This document shows, piece after piece, positions 60,463 through 64,000 of a stretch of DNA of 64,000 nucleotides; within the stretch, counting starts at the first letter, position 1; each line of letters starts with the position of its first letter. The notes beneath the pieces are model-generated. The model was not told the DNA's origin. It saw only the letters and a list, made by a program, of their open reading frames with translations, and searched no databases. The position numbers and the translations under genes are program-made. This stretch comes from Syntrophales bacterium (GTDB lineage Bacteria > Desulfobacterota > Syntrophia > Syntrophales > Fen-1087): NCBI GenBank assembly GCA_034678725.1, contig JAXDBM010000070.1, positions 5,836 through 69,835 of the forward strand, written 5' to 3'.

Positions 60463-63400
60463 ATGAAAATGTTTCGTTCGCACTTGTTGCTCTGTGGCGG
60501 AACCGGCTGCCATGCATCAGGAAGCCTGAACGTCAAGAAGGCCATTGTTGCCGAGCTTCTGAAGCGGGGACTTGCCGAAGAAATAAAAATCGTGGAAACC
60601 GGATGCAACGGCTTCTGCGCCATGGGCCCCATCATGGTGGTCTATCCCGAGGGGGTCATCTACATGCAGATCAGGCAGGATGACATTCCCGAACTGGTGG
60701 AAGAACATCTGGTCAAGGGAAGAATCCTGCAGCGTCTGCTGTACCGGGAACCCTCCACGGAAGCGGTGATTCCGACCATGCAGGAAATCCCGTTCTTTGC
60801 GCTTCAGGAACTGCGCGTCCTGAGAAACCGGGGTCTGATCGACCCGGAAAAAATTGAGGAATACATCGCCCGGGACGGATACGCCGGAATGGCCAAAGCC
60901 CTCACTGAGATGAAACCGGAAGACATCGTCAGGGAAATCCTGGACTCCGGTTTGCGGGGCCGCGGCGGCGCCGGATTCCCGACCGGATTGAAGTGGAAAT
61001 TCGCATCCCAGTCCCCCGGTGACATCAAGTACGTACTCTGCAACGCCGACGAGGGCGATCCGGGCGCTTTCATGGACCGCAGCGTTCTCGAGGCGGATCC
61101 CCATGCTGTCCTGGAGGGCATGGTGATCGCCGCCAAGGCCATCGGCTCCCATCACGGCTACATCTACTGCCGGGCCGAATATCCCCTGGCCATCCACCGC
61201 CTCAACATCGCCATCGCCCAGGCCAAGGAAGCGGGCCTGCTGGGAGAGGACATCCTGGGAACGGGCTTCGATTTCGACCTGGAGATCTACCAGGGCGCCG
61301 GCGCCTTCGTCTGCGGCGAAGAAACGGCGCTGATGACATCCATAGAGGGCAAGCGCGGAATGCCCCGCCCCCGGCCCCCCTTTCCCGCCATCGCCGGCCT
61401 CTGGCAGAGGCCCAGCGTCCTGAACAACGTCGAAACCCTGGCCAACATCGGCCAGATCATCCTCAAGGGTGCGCAGTGGCACGCCGGCGTCGGAACGGAA
61501 AAGAGCAAGGGGACAAAGGTCTTCGCCCTGACCGGTGACGTCAACAACGTCGGACTGGTCGAAGTCCCGATGGGAACGACGCTGGGAACCATCGTTTACG
61601 ACATCGGCGGCGGAATCCCCAAAGGCAAGAAATTCAAGGCTGCGCAGCTGGGCGGCCCCTCCGGCGGCTGCATTCCGATCCAGCATCTCAATGCGTCGGT
61701 CGACTACGAAAAGGTCGCCGAGCTCGGCGCCATCATGGGTTCGGGCGGACTGATCGTCATGAACGAGGACAACTGCGCTGTCGACATGGCGCGTTTCTTC
61801 ATGGATTTCTGCCAGGATGAATCCTGCGGCAAGTGCACCCCCTGCCGGGAGGGCACCAAACGGATGCTCGAGATCCTGACGAACATCACGCAGGGAAAAG
61901 GCAAGGAGGGGGACATCGAGCTGCTCGAACAGATGGCCCCCATCATCAAGGATGCCTCGCTCTGCGGCCTCGGGCAGACGGCGCCGAACCCGGTGCTGAG
62001 CACACTTCGCTATTTCCGCCAGGAATACGAGGAGCACATCCATCAGAAATACTGCCGTTCGGCGGTCTGCACGGCGCTGTTCAAGTCGCCCTGCCAGAAC
62101 ACCTGCCCGATCGGGATGGACGTACCCGCCTATATCGCCCTGATCCGCGCGGAGCGTTTCGAGGATGCGTACAAAGTCATGCTCCGGACCAACCCCTTCC
62201 CCTCGGTGTGCGGACGGGTCTGCGATCACAAGTGCCAGACCAAATGCCGTCGCGGCAAGATGGACGAGCCGATTGCCATCAAGTTCCTGAAGCGGTTCAT
62301 CACGGACAATGCGCCCCGGCCCAAAATCGTCCCGGTGCCGGTTACCCGGAAAGAGAAGATCGCCGTCGTCGGCGCCGGACCGGCGGGACTCACCGCCGCA
62401 CGCGACCTGGCGCTGCGGGGCTACGGCGTGACGATCTTCGAGGAACTGCCCAACCCGGGAGGAATGCTGCGCTGGGCGATTCCCGCCTACCGCCTTCCCC
62501 GGAACATCCTGGACCGGGAAATCGACGACATCCGCAGCCTGGGCGTGGAGATCAAGTGCAACACCCGTGTGGGCAAGACCATTTCCTTTGACCAGGTCGG
62601 CAAGGATTTCGACATCGTTTACCTCGCACCCGGTGCACACAGAAGCCAGAAAATGGGCGTGGAGGGGGAGGACAAGGCGGGCGTGTACGGCGGCGTCGAA
62701 TTCCTGAGGGATTTCAATGCCAATGAAGCGGCATGGATGAAGGGAGACAAAAAGCTGGGCGACAGGGTCGCCGTCATCGGCGGTGGGAACTCCGCCATCG
62801 ATGCGGCCCGTTGCGCCATCCGGCTCGGCGCGGAAGTCACGATCCTTTACCGCCGCCTGCGCCAGGACATGCCGGCTGCCGCCGAGGAGATTGAAGCGGC
62901 GGAACATGAAGGAATCAAGATCGAGTACCTGGTGGCGCCGCTGAAGATCGTTTCCACCGACGGAAGGGTAACCGGGATCAGCTGCGAGCGGATGAAGCTG
63001 GGAGACTTCGACAAGAGCGGGCGGAAGCGGCCGGTTCCCGTCAAGGGGTCCGAATTCACCCTGTCCGTCGATGCCGTCATCGCGGCCATCGGACAGGTTC
63101 CCGATCTCTCCTTTGTCCCGAAGGACAGCGGTGTGCGCGTCAACAAGTGGGACTGCTTCGACCTGGCGGCGGGCAGCCGGTCCCGGACGACGGATGACCG
63201 GTTTTACGCCGGCGGCGATGCCGTGACCGGGCCCGATACGGTGATCGGCGCCATCGCGGCCGGTCATCAGGCGGCCGCCGACATCGATGCGGAGATCCGA
63301 CGGAAAAACGGAGAGCCTGCCTACGAGGCGCCCGCAGAGGAAAAAATCGACATCCCCCTCATCATCGATGAGGAATCTGCGGAAGCCCCGCAGACAAAAA

Positions 63401-63519
63401 TGCCCGAGCTGGATGCCCGGGCCAGAAAACTGAGCTTCGTGGAAGTGGAACTGGGCTTTGCCCGGGAGGATGCGATTCGGGAGGCGATCCGCTGCCTGCG
63501 CTGCGACGCTGAAATTTAA
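60463..63519 (+). CDS. NuoF/HydB-like FMN-NAD(H) flavoprotein fused to a GltD/NfnB-like FAD-NADP(H) oxidoreductase
   Basis: CGGTGC/GCNGFC [2Fe-2S]; GLRGRGGAGFPTG, NADEGDPGAFMDR, GAGAFVCGEETAL, GGPSGG, ESCGKCTPCREG, CGLG; then PCQNTCP, CGRVC...C...C, GAGPAG, GGGNSA.D, YRR, AGGD...GP, EA.RCLRC. Confidence 0.92.
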   Translation: MKMFRSHLLLCGGTGCHASGSLNVKKAIVAELLKRGLAEEIKIVETGCNGFCAMGPIMVVYPEGVIYMQIRQDDIPELVEEHLVKGRILQRLLYREPSTEAVIPTMQEIPFFALQELRVLRNRGLIDPEKIEEYIARDGYAGMAKALTEMKPEDIVREILDSGLRGRGGAGFPTGLKWKFASQSPGDIKYVLCNADEGDPGAFMDRSVLEADPHAVLEGMVIAAKAIGSHHGYIYCRAEYPLAIHRLNIAIAQAKEAGLLGEDILGTGFDFDLEIYQGAGAFVCGEETALMTSIEGKRGMPRPRPPFPAIAGLWQRPSVLNNVETLANIGQIILKGAQWHAGVGTEKSKGTKVFALTGDVNNVGLVEVPMGTTLGTIVYDIGGGIPKGKKFKAAQLGGPSGGCIPIQHLNASVDYEKVAELGAIMGSGGLIVMNEDNCAVDMARFFMDFCQDESCGKCTPCREGTKRMLEILTNITQGKGKEGDIELLEQMAPIIKDASLCGLGQTAPNPVLSTLRYFRQEYEEHIHQKYCRSAVCTALFKSPCQNTCPIGMDVPAYIALIRAERFEDAYKVMLRTNPFPSVCGRVCDHKCQTKCRRGKMDEPIAIKFLKRFITDNAPRPKIVPVPVTRKEKIAVVGAGPAGLTAARDLALRGYGVTIFEELPNPGGMLRWAIPAYRLPRNILDREIDDIRSLGVEIKCNTRVGKTISFDQVGKDFDIVYLAPGAHRSQKMGVEGEDKAGVYGGVEFLRDFNANEAAWMKGDKKLGDRVAVIGGGNSAIDAARCAIRLGAEVTILYRRLRQDMPAAAEEIEAAEHEGIKIEYLVAPLKIVSTDGRVTGISCERMKLGDFDKSGRKRPVPVKGSEFTLSVDAVIAAIGQVPDLSFVPKDSGVRVNKWDCFDLAAGSRSRTTDDRFYAGGDAVTGPDTVIGAIAAGHQAAADIDAEIRRKNGEPAYEAPAEEKIDIPLIIDEESAEAPQTKMPELDARARKLSFVEVELGFAREDAIREAIRCLRCDAEI

Positions 63520-63543
63520 GCGGCGGATCGAACCGGCTCTTTG

Positions 63544-64000
63544 TCAGGGTACGGGCTGCATCCATTTGCAGCGGCTGCCGTCGTAGAACCATTTGTCTGG
63601 AAAGCCGCGGCGTTTGGCAAAGGTGGGATTTCTGGACCAGTGCATGAGGTCCAGATAGGCATCGTGTATTTTCCGGAAGGTTTCGGCGTCGCCCCCCACA
63701 TCGGGATGGTGAATTTTCGCCTGCCTGCGGTAAGCGTCCCGAATGACCGCCGGAAGGTCCGGGGCCATGAGGTCGATCCTGCTGATCTTGAGCGCGGTCA
63801 TCGAGGTCCCCCGTAGCGAAGGAACGATCGTCTGGACGGGCCTGACGGGCCGCATGGGCGTCGGATTTCGCACCGCTTGGGCAAGAACATGGCGGGAGGC
63901 AAGGTACCGCTTGTGCGTTCTTTTCTGCTCGGTCCACCACATCTCGCCGAGGATGTCCGCCATACGGCTGAAGTCCTCGGCGGGTGTTCTGTTTCTGGAC
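63544..64000 (-). CDS. Protein with C-terminal J domain (5' part runs off the right edge)
   Basis: IRDAYRRQAKIHHPDVGGDAETFRKIHDAY (HPD motif); the frame stays open upstream of the ATG at 63963 to the window edge. Confidence 0.85.
   Translation of the reverse strand, partial: SRNRTPAEDFSRMADILGEMWWTEQKRTHKRYLASRHVLAQAVRNPTPMRPVRPVQTIVPSLRGTSMTALKISRIDLMAPDLPAVIRDAYRRQAKIHHPDVGGDAETFRKIHDAYLDLMHWSRNPTFAKRRGFPDKWFYDGSRCKWMQPVP

Noticed and set aside
60517-63267. 916-aa minus-strand ORF
   Set aside because: Antisense shadow of the NuoF-GltD fusion; no recognisable domain
59493-63544. Selenocysteine read-through or frameshift extending the redox genes into a catalytic subunit
   Set aside because: These genes end in TAA/TAG, not TGA, and a convergent gene follows immediately

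Overview
GC-rich bacterial chromosomal segment, about 69 intact protein-coding genes (two run off the window edges), very dense and mostly housekeeping. Gene content and order (rpsB-tsf-pyrH-frr-uppS-cdsA-dxr-rseP-tsaB, kdsA-kdsC-lptCAB-rpoN-hpf-ptsN-hprK-rapZ, coaBC-UDG, a Desulfovibrio-type metal-binding Adk) point to an anaerobic Desulfobacterota/Syntrophales-like deltaproteobacterium (inference). I found no rRNA, tRNA, CRISPR array, prophage or IS element. The most interesting locus is 56.9-63.5 kb. There a DRTGG / RsbW-RsbT-like kinase / DRTGG / PHP phosphoesterase / stand-alone GHKL ATPase module is arranged as an apparent operon with NuoE-like, [2Fe-2S] ferredoxin and a 1018-aa NuoF::GltD(NfnB-like) fusion. 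No hydrogenase or formate dehydrogenase catalytic subunit follows. This is a candidate phosphorylation-regulated NADH/NADP(H)(/ferredoxin) transhydrogenase. Other oddities are a PurF with a fully degenerate glutaminase site, a SET-domain protein with NFS instead of NHS, an EF-G paralogue lacking the catalytic His, a two-subunit biotin carboxylase with a divergent carboxyltransferase pocket, and a degenerate HPr kinase. Gene calls come from motif recognition by eye; no database searches were run.
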